Positions 1 through 19,134 of a stretch of DNA of 64,000 bases are shown here, piece after piece. Below the pieces are notes generated by a model. It worked only from the letters and a program-made list of their open reading frames with translations, made no database searches and was not told the origin of the DNA. Source of the stretch: Azolla caroliniana (taxonomy: Eukaryota > Plantae > Polypodiophyta). Location of the stretch: contig JBHGNT010000008.1 in assembly GCA_043228905.1 (NCBI GenBank), positions 7,564,001 to 7,628,000 on the forward strand, read 5' to 3'. The stretch's first letter is position 1. Each line of letters starts with the position of its first letter. A program made the position numbers and the translations under genes.

Positions 1-1344
1 TGAAAATGAGGGGAAAGGTTGTGTCATTGTGGTTAACAAATGGGATACTGTACCGGATAAAGACAATAAAACAACAGTATACTATGAACAAGATGTTCGT
101 GAGAAACTGCGAGTGCTTGATTGGGCTCCAATTGTCTATACATCAGCAATAGCTGGTCAAAGAGTGACAAGGCAAGAGCACCTTAAGAATTCAATTGCAG
201 ACACATTCAATATTTGTTCTTCCCCCTTGTCCTTATTTTTGTGATTTAAATATATAGAATACTAGAGGCCGCTATTGAAGTGGAGAAAGAAAGGTCTAAA
301 AGGTTGAGTACAGCCATCCTGAACCAAGTGGTACAAGAAGCAATGGCTCTAAACCCTCCACCAAGAACAAGGGGCGGCAAGAAAGGTCGTCTATACTATT
401 GCACACAGGTTTGTACGAAGATAATTTGAAATTATTGTGCGTGCATGATTCCGTAATCAGCAAATAGGAGAAAACTGTGTGCGGAACATGCATTTAGGAA
501 TGTTTGACGAAGGTGAAACCATAGTGGATGAAGGTGTGAACACTTCATTGATGAAGAGAAGCGTCACCTTCTAACAAATAATAGGGGATAAAGAGCTTGT
601 GTTTGTAAGAGAGCAAGAAAATATGACCAATAGCTAGGAGTAATGGATTATTATGTTAGCCAAATAGGAAGCACCATCAGAAATGTGAACCCTAAAAATG
701 TAAAGAGTAGGTGTGCTTGTGAGTCATGCCATATGAAATGTGGGCATGTAGGTTAAGGTCTTGTCAAGGCTGTGAAGATGGTTAGGAGCTAATGTTTGTC
801 ATAGAATTCTATGTGAGCAATATCTAACATGAAAGAATTATTCAATTGCTTTGTGATGTTTTACCATTTATTTAGTTATTTTCAAATTTTAAACACATCC
901 AGATTCTATTTACAGCACTTTTATGTCTTCATTCTTTTTACTCAACTTTATTTCTGTCTTTTTTTTTCCTGTTAGTACTGCGTCATACACCACGAGATTC
1001 AAAATAACAAGATCACTTGTTTTATCTTAGTTTACTTTGTCTCGGGTTGGCTTGTCGTCTCTCAAATGAAGTCCATCCCAGAGCTCGTTGATGGCTGATT
1101 GTCAGGGATGGAAAAAAACTCATGCTTCTGTTTGTTATTTTTATAGGCTGCTGTAAGGCCTCCAACTTTTGTGTTTTTCGTGAGTGACGCAAAACTGTTC
1201 TCAGACATCTACCGCCGTTACATGGAGAAGCAAATACGTGCCAACGTGGGATTTCGTGGTACCCCAATACGTCTGCTCTGGCGGAGCAAGAAGAAAACAG
1301 AGTATGATGGATCAAAAGAAGCTGTAGGAGCTGGCTCCACTTGA
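1..1344 (+). CDS. engA: 3' part of plastid-type EngA/Der double-GTPase (EMB2738-like); 5' part lies outside the window
   Basis: Exons <1..171, 258..408, 1147..1344 splice to ...VVNKWD...[42 protein letters not shown]...[44 protein letters not shown]...[13 protein letters not shown]...*. This contains the second G-domain NKWD (G4) motif and the C-terminal KH-like domain of Der/EngA. Stop TGA at 1342-1344. Confidence 0.92.
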
Positions 1345-4300
1345 TTATTATTGGTCACTAATTGAAATGCTCAGAGACTAACAGCAAAATCTCAGTTCGA
1401 TATTGTTAAATTTTTAGCTCAATCTTTTCTTGGAATGTCTCCATCGGGGCATTGCAAATTAATGTTACAATGATGTAAACGACTTGACTCTTTTTATTAA
1501 TCAAGCCCTACTCTTGTGTGGTTTATAAAGAGTCTTTTAGTTTACACCAGATCTGTACAAGTTATGAACATTCATGATTGATGTGATTTTCTCGTGCATG
1601 CATTGAGAAGATATGTGGATACTTGACGAAATTGCATCAAGATGATAAATAGATATATAGGATGCTATATTAGATCATAAAATTGCTTTGGGACTGCTTG
1701 CATGCTTTGTAAGAATAGGAGGGTATGTTTTGTAAATATATTGTTAAACTCAAAAGCATGCAACACGAATCAAATAAGGGTGATGATATAAGAGCAATAA
1801 CATTGGATAATGAGATTTGTTTTAAAATTTTTGAGAGAGAGATTAACATCCATTAGAGGCCAAATTTACTCTATGCAAAACAAATCATGACAACAAATGT
1901 GGGTGAAAATCATTTAATTCATACTAAAACAAAAGGATCTACATTTCCTAAAGATTCATGACAATTATCTTAATGCAAGTGGTGGAAAGATTTTGGAGAT
2001 GGTTTATAGGCATGAAATGCATAGCTAATATACATATGTTGAGGAATAGTGATGGGATATTGTATCCAATGTTGTGTAGTGGAGTGAACCATGACAAGGT
2101 TCACCAAGTGCATTTGAGTGTCTTTCATATAAGCTAGACATGGTGAGCATTGATATCCATGACCTAGTGATGGTATGGCCATGTGCTTTGTATTTGGGTA
2201 CTTGGAGTCTTTGTTGTCATCAACTTCTATTGCTTGCTCTATGGTGCATCATTGGGATGTTGTTAATGGAGATATAGATGTTTGGAGGAAGTTAAGGATG
2301 TGTGATTTTCAAGGGATGTTTCTGCGAATACATGTTAGTGTAGATACATGGGCCTTTGTAGGAAGTCAAGGATGTGTGGTTGTCAATGCACCTTGTAGGC
2401 TGACATAAGGGTTGATTCCCCATCCACTTGAATTTCAAGCAAGCTTTGGCCAAAGTGTCCATCCCTCATTATGTATCGAATGGTGGTAGAAGTTTGGAAA
2501 GGATTTCATACTTCTCTTTCATGTGCTCGTAAGTTGGGCACTTACACACAAAATGCTCATGAGAGGAATACTCCGCATCGACTTCGGTATGAAATAATGC
2601 TCACATAAGATACAATAGGGTATTTCAGTTTCTTTGCATGTCTCAACTCCACAATTGTCTTTGTTTCCTTTTATATTTATGGACCCTTTAGGAGGGAAGT
2701 AAGATAATGCTATGAAAAGATCGGTCTCAGAGAACTTGAATTAGATTCACATCTATAGAGCCATTGCATCCCACAACACAACCTATATTCATGGATGAAA
2801 GGTTCATCTTAGTGTAAGATAATGCAAACTCACCTAACCCTCTTAATGTGTTGTGATATGAATAAATGAAAACCCCCATGGCAGTCTCTTGTGAGTGCAA
2901 CATCATGGTAGACCTTTGCATGGGCTTTGATGCATCTTTGTACCGCGAAATGTGTCTAATCCAACCATAACCTCTTCCATTGTCATGGATGTGTCCCAAG
3001 TGCTTCCTCGCAATACCAAACTACACATTGTAGCTTTCATTATGTTGTCCCATTGGAAATGAATAGTGTGGCAACAAATCACTATTCAATAGGGTTGCTT
3101 TGTTAACAATGTGACCATCACAACAAACAATTTTCTTGTCTTATAGGTTCCTTTGATGTGGCATACATTGTTTTCTATTGTCAAAGGGCTGCTTTGTTCG
3201 AATGGGCATCCAACCCGTGTAGTATGACTCGATTTTGAGGAAGGAGATTCTTCTTACTTCATTTTTAAATTGTAATATGATTGCTCAACCTTGTCCTTAT
3301 ATGGTCCAAACATTTAGTGGAAGGAGTTGTTTCTTGTTTGCTATACGTGAGCTTGATAGAAAGCGAACTTATGAAGGTAAATGGTAAGATAGAGATGATA
3401 ATGAAAAATCATGATGGAATGTAAGAGTTAATTAGTTGTTGCATTATGTTTTTGGACTCCAATGAACTAATAAGCTATTTGCATGGACAATTATCTATGG
3501 ATGAAGAGCTCAAATATAATGTAATGTTTATTAACCATTTTGAAACATCAAAGCTCTGAACACAATCTAATAGATAAGGTAGAGCAAAGAGTACCCTAGA
3601 GGCACACTAGATATATGGCACCTTTTAGACCACTCTTTAGAGTCTTTGCAAAGTTACCTTTGATGAACCCCTCTCTCTAACATAAACCAACGTTACATGA
3701 AAAATATGTATGTCTTTTGTCCAGTGATCAATGACAGCACATGCATAATTTCGAACGACATCATGCCAAAGTAGATATTAATAAAGAAATATTGACAAAG
3801 CATACATAAAAAAGACATGTTACTGGCTTAAGGATGCATGCTTCTAAAAGGATTCGGATAATGTGCACAAACACATGCTTCTTTAAATCATCATTATGTA
3901 ATGTAAATGTGCTAAAAATGGACCATCTGATACTAAGCATATCAATTAGCAGCTGAAAAGTTCTGTATCTATTATTTATTTGAGGCTAAAATTAGTTTAT
4001 AATTTCTTGGCTGGACAATCAAAACCAGCATTGTGCTGATCAACCATTGCAATTTTAATAAATAAAATATAGGTTTAGACTTCAATTGTATACATACATC
4101 ATTGAGTCAAGGTATCGCTGTAGTTCCCTAGAACTAGGCACAAATTGCATTCATAAAATACAGGCAACAATGAGACCATTTCTTCCTGTATAAAAAGGTT
4201 ACATATATTGCAAATGATGGCATCATAGAAGAAAATTTATTGCCGGCAACTTTAAACATATTCAGAGAAAAGAGAGCCCTGATACAAAAGCTTCATAACT

Positions 4301-4421
4301 TGAATGTCCAAAAGACGTTGGACGAAATCTGACGAGGAACTTCAAAAAAGTGTATATAGTACAAACTTGCAGACACAAACCTCCTTTCCAATTGACACTT
4401 TGTGACCAATGTAGAAGCTTT

Positions 4422-9471
<5,050 letters not shown>

Positions 9472-9669
9472 GGCTCAGAGCTATGGCATGAAGAAAGAAA
9501 AGAAGGCGGAGAAAGAAGGAAATAAGAAGGTATGACGAACCCAACAAGAGAAGCTGAAGAAGATCTGCAGAACCCACAAACGGAAGACGAAGATCTGCAG
9601 AGAGCAGGAGCAGAGGAGGAAAGGAGAAAATGATCTCCAGGACTGAAGAAACGTATTTATACATTTCTC

Positions 9670-9871
9670 AATGTATGTGTGTATGTATGCATGTATGTAT
9701 GTATGTATGTATGTATGCGTGTATGTATGGATGTGTGTATGTATGTATGTATGTATGTATGTATGTATGTATGTATGTATGTATGTATGTATGTATGTGT
9801 GTGTGTGTGTGTGCGTATGTTATGTATGTAGATATATGTACTATGTATGTATGTATGTATGTATGTATGTA

Positions 9872-9906
<35 letters not shown>

Positions 9907-10250
9907 ATGTTATGTATGTATCTATATGTACATATATCTATGTGTGAATGTGTGTATGTATGTATGTATTTATACATATATGATATATCTATGTGTGTAT
10001 GTGTGTATGTATCTATACATATATGATATATCTATGTGTGTATGTGTGTATGTATGTATGTATCTATACATATATGATATATCTATGTGTGTGTGTATGT
10101 ATGTATGTATGTACGTACGTATTTATACATATCTTTATGTATGTATGTTTGTATGTGTGTGTGTGTGTGTGTACCGTATATGTGTATATGTACTTATATA
10201 TGGATGTAAATGGGTATGTATGCATGTGTGTATATGGTTTGTATGTGGCT
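9670..10250. repeat. Compound (TATG)n/(TG)n microsatellite block upstream of VPS4
   Basis: Directly visible runs of TATG and TG, with higher-order repeats such as TACATATATGATATATCTATGTGTG; starts ~200 bp 5' of the VPS4 ATG. Confidence 0.95.
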
Positions 10251-11635
10251 CATGACACCCTATACTTGCTTCAATTACTCTCATCAATAGGAGGCACCTT
10301 TGGCGCAACTCTTGGCTTCATTGCTTGACAATGTTATCCGTGGGTATTTCGAGCTTTTAACAAGCGGATATCTGGGGTCCTTTACCATCCTTCATGGTTC
10401 TCGATACTTAGGCCTCTATGAGTAATACCCACGGGCTATTCGGCGAAAACCAAAACATTTGGGTGGTCAACTTTTGATTCCATATGGGCCATTTAGGTCT
10501 TCCTCCCAACAATCTCTTCATGTTAAGTATGTCTCCCATAACATTAGTGAGCACATTTATGCCCTTACTTTTTGAAAATTTCCAATATGATATCTTGTGA
10601 CTACTTCTTTGTTTGTTTTCACCTCATTCTCAAGCTTTGTATCATGTGCTGTGAAAAAGTGTTTGTGAATGAATCCATTTGGGCCCTACATTCCATAGTG
10701 TCATTTAGTAAATCATTGTGAAATTTAAACCCTAGAGAATGAGTCAATAAATTTATGCATTTCTAGTCTGGTTCTATCTAAACACACAAAAAAGAACATG
10801 TTTTCATGTGTATTGCGTATATGTATGTTTACGTTGCAAAAAAAGTGTATGTATACGTGTGTAGTTTTGGAACATAATATTTGTCAAACAAAGGTATAAA
10901 GTTCAGAGCAAATGTACTTGTGGCTAATGGAAAAGGTATATGTCAATAGCCCCTACCTTTGTCTACAATATTGGGTGAGACATTTCCCAAGGATTGGCAC
11001 CTTGTTTAGCATCATGATATACTCTCCAACCAAAGAACTTATATATGTATGAATGTGCATTTGAAACCCTAATTGGATATATTCTGTAATCATGTGAAGA
11101 AACACAATGAGACATCGCTTCCCCGACCATAAATGATAAGGAATGGATCACATGTTTATTCTAGGTGATAATGCAACCCAATTTGATATTTTATAAACCA
11201 ACATTTAGTGACTTGCATATTGACAATGGAAGAGTAGCACCCGTTTACCTATGTATAGCAATATAGTGTATAAATTTCCATCACTACTTGATTGTCTCAT
11301 GGGCCAAATTTGGTCTTAGAAGACGTTAATATTTCTTTCTTTCTTTCTTTCTCATATATATTTCTAAATATATTTTATGTGAATATCGAAGTGAGGTGGG
11401 GTCATTGAATTCAATTAGTCATTTATATGGGCCTTCCAACTAATACATATAAGATAAACTTATTGCTTTATCTTGTGTAGCTTGTATTTTTCTAGCACAT
11501 ACGAGAGGTGGGCGGAACCTTGTGGAAACCTAGTTTGTGAAGATCATGTTGTCAATCCAAGAAAATTCCTTGAATTAATGAGTTCAAGACAAGTCAACAT
11601 ATTTGGAATGATTTCCATCAATATGCCTTTTGGAA

Positions 11636-12112
11636 ATGTTGTAGTCATTATGATAGTAAGAGTAACATTGTCAGTGTGGCAACATTTCTCCAAAGCTAAC
11701 ATGATGGACGTGAATGGCCTTGATTCTATGCTAGAAAACATTTCATCCCTCTTGAGACCATGGCAATTTTAAGCTTCAAATGATCAAGAACATTATGTTG
11801 TAGTCATTATGATAGTAAGAGTAACATTGTCAGTGTGGCAACATTTCTCCAAAGCTAACATGATGGACGTGAATGGCCTTGATTCTATGCTAGAAAACAT
11901 TTCATCCCTCTTGAGACCATGGCAATTTTAAGCTTCAAATGATCAAGAACATTATGTTGTAGTCATTATGATAGTAAGAGTAACATTGTCAGTGTGGCAA
12001 CATTTCTCCAAAGCTAACATGATGGACGTGAATGGCCTTGATTCTATGCTAGAAAACATTTCATCCCTCTTGAGACCATGGCAATTTTAAGCTTCAAATG
12101 ATCAAGAACATT
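11636..12112. repeat. Tandem repeat, 159-bp unit x3
   Basis: Unit ATGTTGTAGTCATTATGATAGTAAGAG...GATCAAGAACATT starts at 11636, 11795 and 11954; copies look identical by eye. Confidence 0.93.
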
Positions 12113-14083
12113 CCTTGGTGACATGATTATTATTGCATCATTGTTTCTTTATGACACGATTACAGTTAGATCTCTATCATTAATGTTAAGAGACAATCAT
12201 ACGTTAAAAACAAACATGTCACGATTACTAGATAATAGGTTGTCACTTCAAAAGACACCCATGGATGATGCCAGTAGATAGTAAAGCAATCAATACTAGT
12301 GAAAGCTTTATCAAGTCCTCAGCTTAGTAAAAGAGAAGTTTCCGTAATTACATACTGCATGTGTTAGCGAACTTACCTAAGCATGCCATTTCAGAAAAAA
12401 CCGTTAGTTATACCTTTAAGTATACTTTAAATATCCTCATATCAATGTCGTGGCTCTCGGCAATACCCTCAATACTTGAATTATTTTATTATTTGCTAGT
12501 TTTGTTTTGATGTTCATGATCTCAAATAACCAGAATTTGAATGTGATAAGTTCTATGTTTTCATGTTTACTTATGTGTATCCACAACCTCTACAACGAGC
12601 ATGCACACATGCACATGCATACCCACACATAATATATGCATGTAGACTTAATGTTAAGATCTAAGACATCCTAATGCTCTTTCTCAATTTAATAATAGTA
12701 AGTACTAAACTCTCTCTTGCTAATAAAGTGATTTCAACTATTATTGCAGCAATTGCTAAAACAAATATCTGAAGTGTTTTCTCTCTTCTCATTGTTTTTT
12801 TGAAAACAGAAAAAAAAGCTTTTTTTCTCACCACCACAAACGATAATCTCCCTTAGAGTTACATACACAATTTTGTTGCAAGCTTCATGCTCTTCCTTGG
12901 TAAGTTTCCTCCTTAATTTTAGTTCTTCACATAGTGCATTCTTTATTTGTACGAAGTTGGTTGACTACTTTATTCCCATCCTTGTGCATGGAAAGAGAGG
13001 TTGTCCCCCCATTGGCCTTTCTTAGAGATTTCCATTTCTCACCCATAGCTTTCACGCTTTCCTCGAGTGACTCTATATTGTCTTGAAGCATTTCACAAGA
13101 ACACATATTATTCCTTTCTACTTCAACATTGACCCTACCACATCTAATAATATTCTCACTCAATCATTTTTCTCCAATCTAACACAAACATCCATAAAAC
13201 TTGTTTACACTATGTAAATTATCACTCTATTAAGCTTTCAAAGTGACTCTATCATCTTCATCTACAATTTCAAAGTTATCTATGCATTAAAATGCCGAAG
13301 GATGTTCATACAACTTGCAAGAAGCAAATATTAAAGATTACCTATCTATGCTATAGTGTTAGTAACAGCACCTCCTATAAATCATCTCCAATGCAATCTC
13401 TAGGTGTACTTGAGAAAAATATGCACATACATGAAATGGTATATTAGACCTACTATTAACCATACTACATCTATCTAATTTCGTAACATATTTGAGGACA
13501 CCTAAATGAGTCATCTCCACCTTATTGTCAAAATTTTCACACATGTTGCAATTTACGTAGATGAATATTTTGTTTTAGAGTAGAAACTCCATATCTACAA
13601 GTTAGGAGCTTAGAGCACCATCTATGGAAATATTCTATAGAATTGGATTGATTGTTCTGGGCATTGGAAAGATGCATGATTATCATAACCTAATCGCATT
13701 ATATATATTAATTTTCAAGTTATTTTAGGCCAAATTCGACAATGTTGAGTTCATAGTCAAATGTAATTCTAAAGATAGAATAAAATTCTTCTTGATCTTG
13801 CTTCAGCATCACCCTTCTCTTTTTACTAATGACAAATTGTCATGGTCAACCAAAAACAAAAATCGTGAGATGCAACACTGCTTTCTGTTTCTTCACGAGA
13901 TGCCAACTCAGTTAACACATTGCCATGATAATATGAAGAGATTGCGATGTTTCTGCACAAACCTAAAGAAAATGGCACACATACACCATTTACTCCATAT
14001 CCAAAGAAGCCATGAAATGGGATAAACTACAATCTGATTTAGACCAGTGACAACTCACATACTTCATTTGCTTTGAATTGCTA

Positions 14084-17000
14084 TCAATCAATTACGGTTG
14101 TCTTCAAAATTTTAACATCATGGACAGGCCTGTATAAACATGGAAGACAAAGTTTAAACCTTTGGTATGCCACAGCAACAACACCCAAATTTCACCTTTC
14201 TGACCATTTTCTTGATTGTTAACCCTTCTTTTGTAGACCTCTTTATAATATATTTATAAACTATAATATGATTAATATATAGTATATTGGCTTTCTTATT
14301 GTGGTCTACTTTATCTATTAAAATCTTTCCCATCTAAGTTCTCTCATCATGTCAATGCCAATGACAATTCAGCATATACATGTAGTACACACAATAGTAT
14401 CATTGTTCAGGCTATGACATTTTCTCCTTTTTTAACAAAGATTTTTTCAACAGTATATATATGAGAGTCACACATACTTAATATTGCTACAAAATGGATC
14501 AGCAACATCATCACTACAAGACCTTTCCACTTTGTTTAACCAAAGCAACCTATATTTTCTTTCCCCATGCCGTTTCATAAGATTCAAACACATGAAATCT
14601 AAAACAAACTGTGTTTCTTTCCAGTTTCCCTCGATGTGAGACTGATACACATTCTAGAAAGTACATTAATGAGGGCCAAAAATGCACATTGTGGATATCA
14701 AAGCAAAATTAAGGAAAGGCGCAGAAGTTGACACTTGGTATGTAAACACTTACCAAATGTAGATACCATTTGTTTACATACTAAGTAGTCTTACCTATCA
14801 CTTTTGTCTGTCTGGACATTCCCAAGCCTTTTGACAACCTCCATACCAGCAAAAACCCTACCAAATATTGTGTGTTTTCCTGCACCATAAACAGATAAAA
14901 ATAGTTGAAATAAATCCATAATGCCCATGGTTTTAGAAATAAATAAGATCTTTCTGTACCATCGAGCCACTGTGTCGGCGCAAGGGTTATGAAAAACTGG
15001 CTACCATTTGTATTGGGTCCTGAATTAGCCATTGATAATACACCAGCTCCAGTGTGCTTCAGCTCTCTAGTGATTTCATCCTCAAATTTCGCTCTACATA
15101 ATCCCATTTAACATGTATTACTACATTGAATCCATCAATAAACACAGTAAGAATTAACAATCATGAAGTTTGTTGCAAAGAATGGGTCGAATGGAGATGA
15201 AATGCATCAATATTATGAATGCCTCCTTTGACATATGCAACGCAATTCAGTGCAAAAAATACGCTGATAATACAAGTAATGTAATAGGGACATTGTACAC
15301 TAAGTCGAATGAGATTCCAAAATATAGACAAGGAAAGTTGAATCAGCAAATTATGATCGAGTGAATAGTACTATAGAGGGACAGAAGAATGATTATAGGA
15401 TAAAATAATTTAGCGCAAAGGGATGCACATGCAAATTGAGAAATTTTTATAGTAATCTCATATTGCACTGATCACAAATGCAGAAAGAGCCCTAATAGAA
15501 ATGCAGATGGACTTAAACTTTATAAATGGCAGATATGTAACTGTACCAATTGCTCCAGTTTTACAAGAATGGAAACTTTGACACATTTGTGTGGGTCTGA
15601 CTAGGCCTCTTATACACTATTGAACGAAAATCTTTCTTTATCTGCCTAAAACAAATTCCTGGGGCCTCTATGATGGGATGACAAATAACTTAGTTTCCTG
15701 TGGATTTACAGTTTTCAGTTACCTGCTACTAAAATTTATAGGTATCATACCAGTTATGAGAGTACTGTATCACAAAGAGGGCACTTTTTATTTACAGTAA
15801 TGAATTTTCTTATTTTAAATATACAAGCAGAATGTAGGAAATCATGGATAAGCTTATTTCAGTAAGGAAATGTTGTGCAACTTAATATTCATCTAAATAG
15901 AATGCATGATTATTTTCAAATTAAAGTAATTGTGAGTGCGACTACGAGTGAACAGGTTGACGCACATGGAATCCAGTGGTGACAAAGAAGTGAGAAAACC
16001 AGAAATCCATGAAAAGATGAACCTACGACACCCTTCCTTGAAAAACTATTTGGGGAACAGATGGATACATTCAAGAAGAATGTTTTCGCAAGTCTTCTTC
16101 CTAAATCATCCAGAGTCTATCCTCATGAAGGTTCCCACTCACATTAAGCTAGTGAAGGTAACAAAATTAGGATTTCTGTTGGTTGTCTGCAGATGTGCAG
16201 AAAATAAAGGTTTCAGTATACAACTCATGGATTATTGTGGCTGATCTACTCTTATTTTTATAGTTCTCAATTTTTATTGAGATAATCTAGAGAAAAGGCT
16301 TACTAGAGCACTAATAAGATTGAAAATCTGAAAAAAATGCATGATCAAAATTTTCTTGGGGGAGGGACAATCAAGACTAGTATTTTACTTTTTACGACTT
16401 TTCTCCCCTAATGTTCTCTTTGAATGAAAGCTTCAACAGTTTCAGATTACACTGGGTTGAGAGCCTTCACCACACTGAGAAAATGTTACATAAAACTTGG
16501 TGTTATAAAGATTTTAAAACAATTTTACAAGAGTGTTCATTTTGGACTCCTATCCTTTATGGTTCCATCTCTCAATTCAGGATTTATGCTGAGGATAGAG
16601 CAAAAAGATAATAAATAATAATCTTGCAGGTTGAAAAATCTCGATAATAGGTAAAAGAAGGATCCAAATTATAATGAAAAGTTCACTCTAAGTCACTCAA
16701 CAAACATCATAATCACCATCTAATTTATCATGAACTTATGTTAACAAAGCAATAGAAGCCCAAGGAATACCCATAGATAGAGGCTCCACCCCGCCCAGTG
16801 CCAGTTGGATCACCACCTTGTATCATGAAATCCTACAAAGCAGAATAAATATAGAGACTGAATAAAAACTCCGTTTCCATAAATACAAGTTATGCATACA
16901 CAAGAATGAGAAAAACAGAAAAATACCCTTAAGTTTTGGAAATTTACCAGGGAAATCACCACTGTTTTCAGAAATTACCCAAACATTCCTTGAGTTTTGA

Positions 17001-17262
17001 GATTTTTTACTACAACTGGGGTTATTCTGGTCATTCTTCAAAACTGAGGGGTAATTCTAATAAATATCCAAAAAGGTAGGAGTATTTCAGTATTTGTCTC
17101 TAATAGGAAATGCAAAATGCATCCAAACCTTGATAATTCGATGGAACTTCACATCATTGTAGTAGCCACGTCTTGACAGCTCCATGAAATTACGGCAAGC
17201 TTTGGGAGCGTGTTTTGTGTAGAGCTATAAAATATACCACAAAAGAAAACAGAAAAGGCAAA

Positions 17263-17302
<40 letters not shown>

Positions 17303-17374
17303 TCACTCACTTACTCTCTCACACACATACACTCTCTCTCCAAAGAGTCATATTTGACCTCCGAAGACGATAAT

Positions 17375-17412
<38 letters not shown>

Positions 17413-17508
17413 TGTGTGTGTGTGTGTAATATGGATGCTTACCTCGATGGTGATCGCCCCCATGGACGTTTCCATGATAACTTGAGGAGCTCCTCCATCT
17501 TCTCCCAT
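14084..17508 (-). CDS. PPIL1: Cyclophilin-type peptidyl-prolyl isomerase, PPIL1/CYP18-2-like, 6 exons
   Basis: Exons 17508-17443, 17224-17129, 16832-16771, 15093-14960, 14879-14795, 14129-14084, all GT-AG and in phase. Translation includes [64 protein letters not shown] and ends [14 protein letters not shown]. Confidence 0.93.
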
Positions 17509-17844
17509 CTCTCCTCACTCTGCTCTGCTCTCTCTCTCTCTGCGCGCTGCTCTTCTTCTGTCCGTTCTGCTGCCCCTGCCACTACTGCTGCTATGTATGT
17601 ATGTAATTACTTACACGGCCACATACATACATACATGCATACCAGACTCTGAACTCAGACTCAGACTCTCTCTCTCTCACGCATCAGCAGGCAAGGAGCC
17701 AAGCAAGTACTCAGTAATAATACATATATGAAACATTCTCGAATGGAATGATTCAAACATTCTCGACTGCGAATGCACGTATGGCTCCATACTATGATTA
17801 TATGTGTAGCAAGCAAAAGTTATGTACATAGTTAAAGTTGTCCA

Positions 17845-18521
17845 TGTTGTGTCCCTAAAGAGTCCCAACCGGTACCACACGATCCCAAGATGTGTCATGA
17901 CGGAGCCACGGCACCCCATAACGATTTGGCACAGAACCACGAAAGTCCCAGTCGGAGTTGGCACGTGCATAACCCAAGCCAGGTTTCGGTTGGGACAGTC
18001 CCACATAGTCGCTAGTCCCAAAGTGAGTTGCGACCCAAAAAGCGACCTAGTCCCGGTCCCAATCGTGATCCTAGTCCCAATCCCAGATCCACCATGGGCT
18101 TGAACAACCCTGTCCCAACGAGCAGTCCCACTTGGGACTACTCTACGGCTAGTCCAACGACTAGCCCCAATGGCTAGCCTCAACGACCATTCTTGGCCCA
18201 ACGCCAAGGGAGCCCAACAACCACCTCTTGGCATAACAACTCAAGAAGCCCAAGAGTCACCACTTGGCATAACGACTAGGGTTACCCAACGACCATCCTT
18301 AGACAATATATATGGAGCTTCTCCTTAGTTTTGTTCATTCCTTGATTCCGTACTTACACACACTCTCCTCAATCTTAGTTAGCTCGAAGGAGCTCATAAT
18401 AAAACCTTCTTGTAATCGTGATTAAGCATTAATGATAATTAATCATAGTTTCATCTTGATATCTCTTCTCTCCACCGTGTTTTGGGTCATTTCAAGACCG
18501 CCATGTTTTAGGTTTTTCACA
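17845..18521 (+). mobile_element. Solo-LTR-like element 1
   Basis: Begins TGTTGTGTCCCTAAAGAG, ends TTTTCACA, flanked by GTCCA/ATCCA (4/5 TSD-like match). Internal TCCCAA and CACCTCTTGGCATAAC repeats, TATA-like site, CT-rich tail; homologous to 18527-19134. Confidence 0.6.
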
Positions 18522-18526
18522 ATCCA

Positions 18527-19134
18527 TATGGTGCCCCTAAAGAGGTCCAACCAGAACGCGGTTCTGAAGTGAGTCACCGCGGGCCCAAGCGACCCTTAAA
18601 CGAGTTGGAACAAGGGGTCACGATCAATGTTGTCACAAGCATAAGGAGTTGGGACCCAAGAAGGGAATCGGTCCCAATCCCAAACCCTAAGAAGGGGTTC
18701 CACCCTTGGGTTGGGACCATGAGTCCCAATCTAAGTTGGGACTTGGGAAATACCTAGTGCTACAAGAACAACAACGTCCAAGTGCCAACGACTAGCCACA
18801 AGGGAGACCAAAAGACACCTCTTGGCTTAACGCCAAGGGTCTCCAAGGGAGACCAAGAGCCACCTCTTGCCATAACAACCACCCCTCTTGGCATAACGGC
18901 CACCCCCTTGGCCTATATAAGAAGAAACCTCGCCTCATTTTTTGATCATTCCTAGATTTAGAAACTCTCTCCTCCCTCTCTCCTTAATTATAGTAGCTTT
19001 AAGGAGTTTGTAACTAATCTTCTTCTTAATCATGCTTAACTTATATTAATGAAATCTCTTTTTTGGTTATTCTCTCTTCTCCCCACTGTGTTTTGGGTTT
19101 GTTTCTAGAACCCCCATGTTTTAGGTTCGTCACA
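18527..19134 (+). mobile_element. Solo-LTR-like element 2 (diverged relative of element 1)
   Basis: Begins TATGGTGCCCCTAAAGAG, ends ATGTTTTAGGTTCGTCACA; shares CCTCTTGGCATAAC repeats and the 3' TCTCTTCTC..GTGTTTTGGGT..CCATGTTTTAGGTT block with element 1; has CCTATATAA. Confidence 0.6.

Noticed and set aside
1850-3500. Possible decayed transposon between EngA and VPS4
   Set aside because: Looks like eroded coding DNA but no motif, terminus or TSD could be identified by eye; needs a translated search.
9630-10328. ORFs rich in MYVC/HTYI
   Set aside because: Translations of the TATG/TG microsatellite, not genes.
11636-12112. Possible CRISPR-like array
   Set aside because: Contiguous 159-bp units with no spacers, in a eukaryotic context.
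10300-13700. Possible decayed TE, including an 11-bp inverted repeat CCGTGGGTATT/AATACCCACGG at 10338-10434
   Set aside because: No TSD or convincing protein motif; a short inverted repeat alone is insufficient.
17263-17640. Complementary (CA)n/(TG)n and TATG/CATA tracts near the cyclophilin 5' end as a structured RNA
   Set aside because: Simple repeats of this kind are abundant throughout the window, so pairing is expected by chance.
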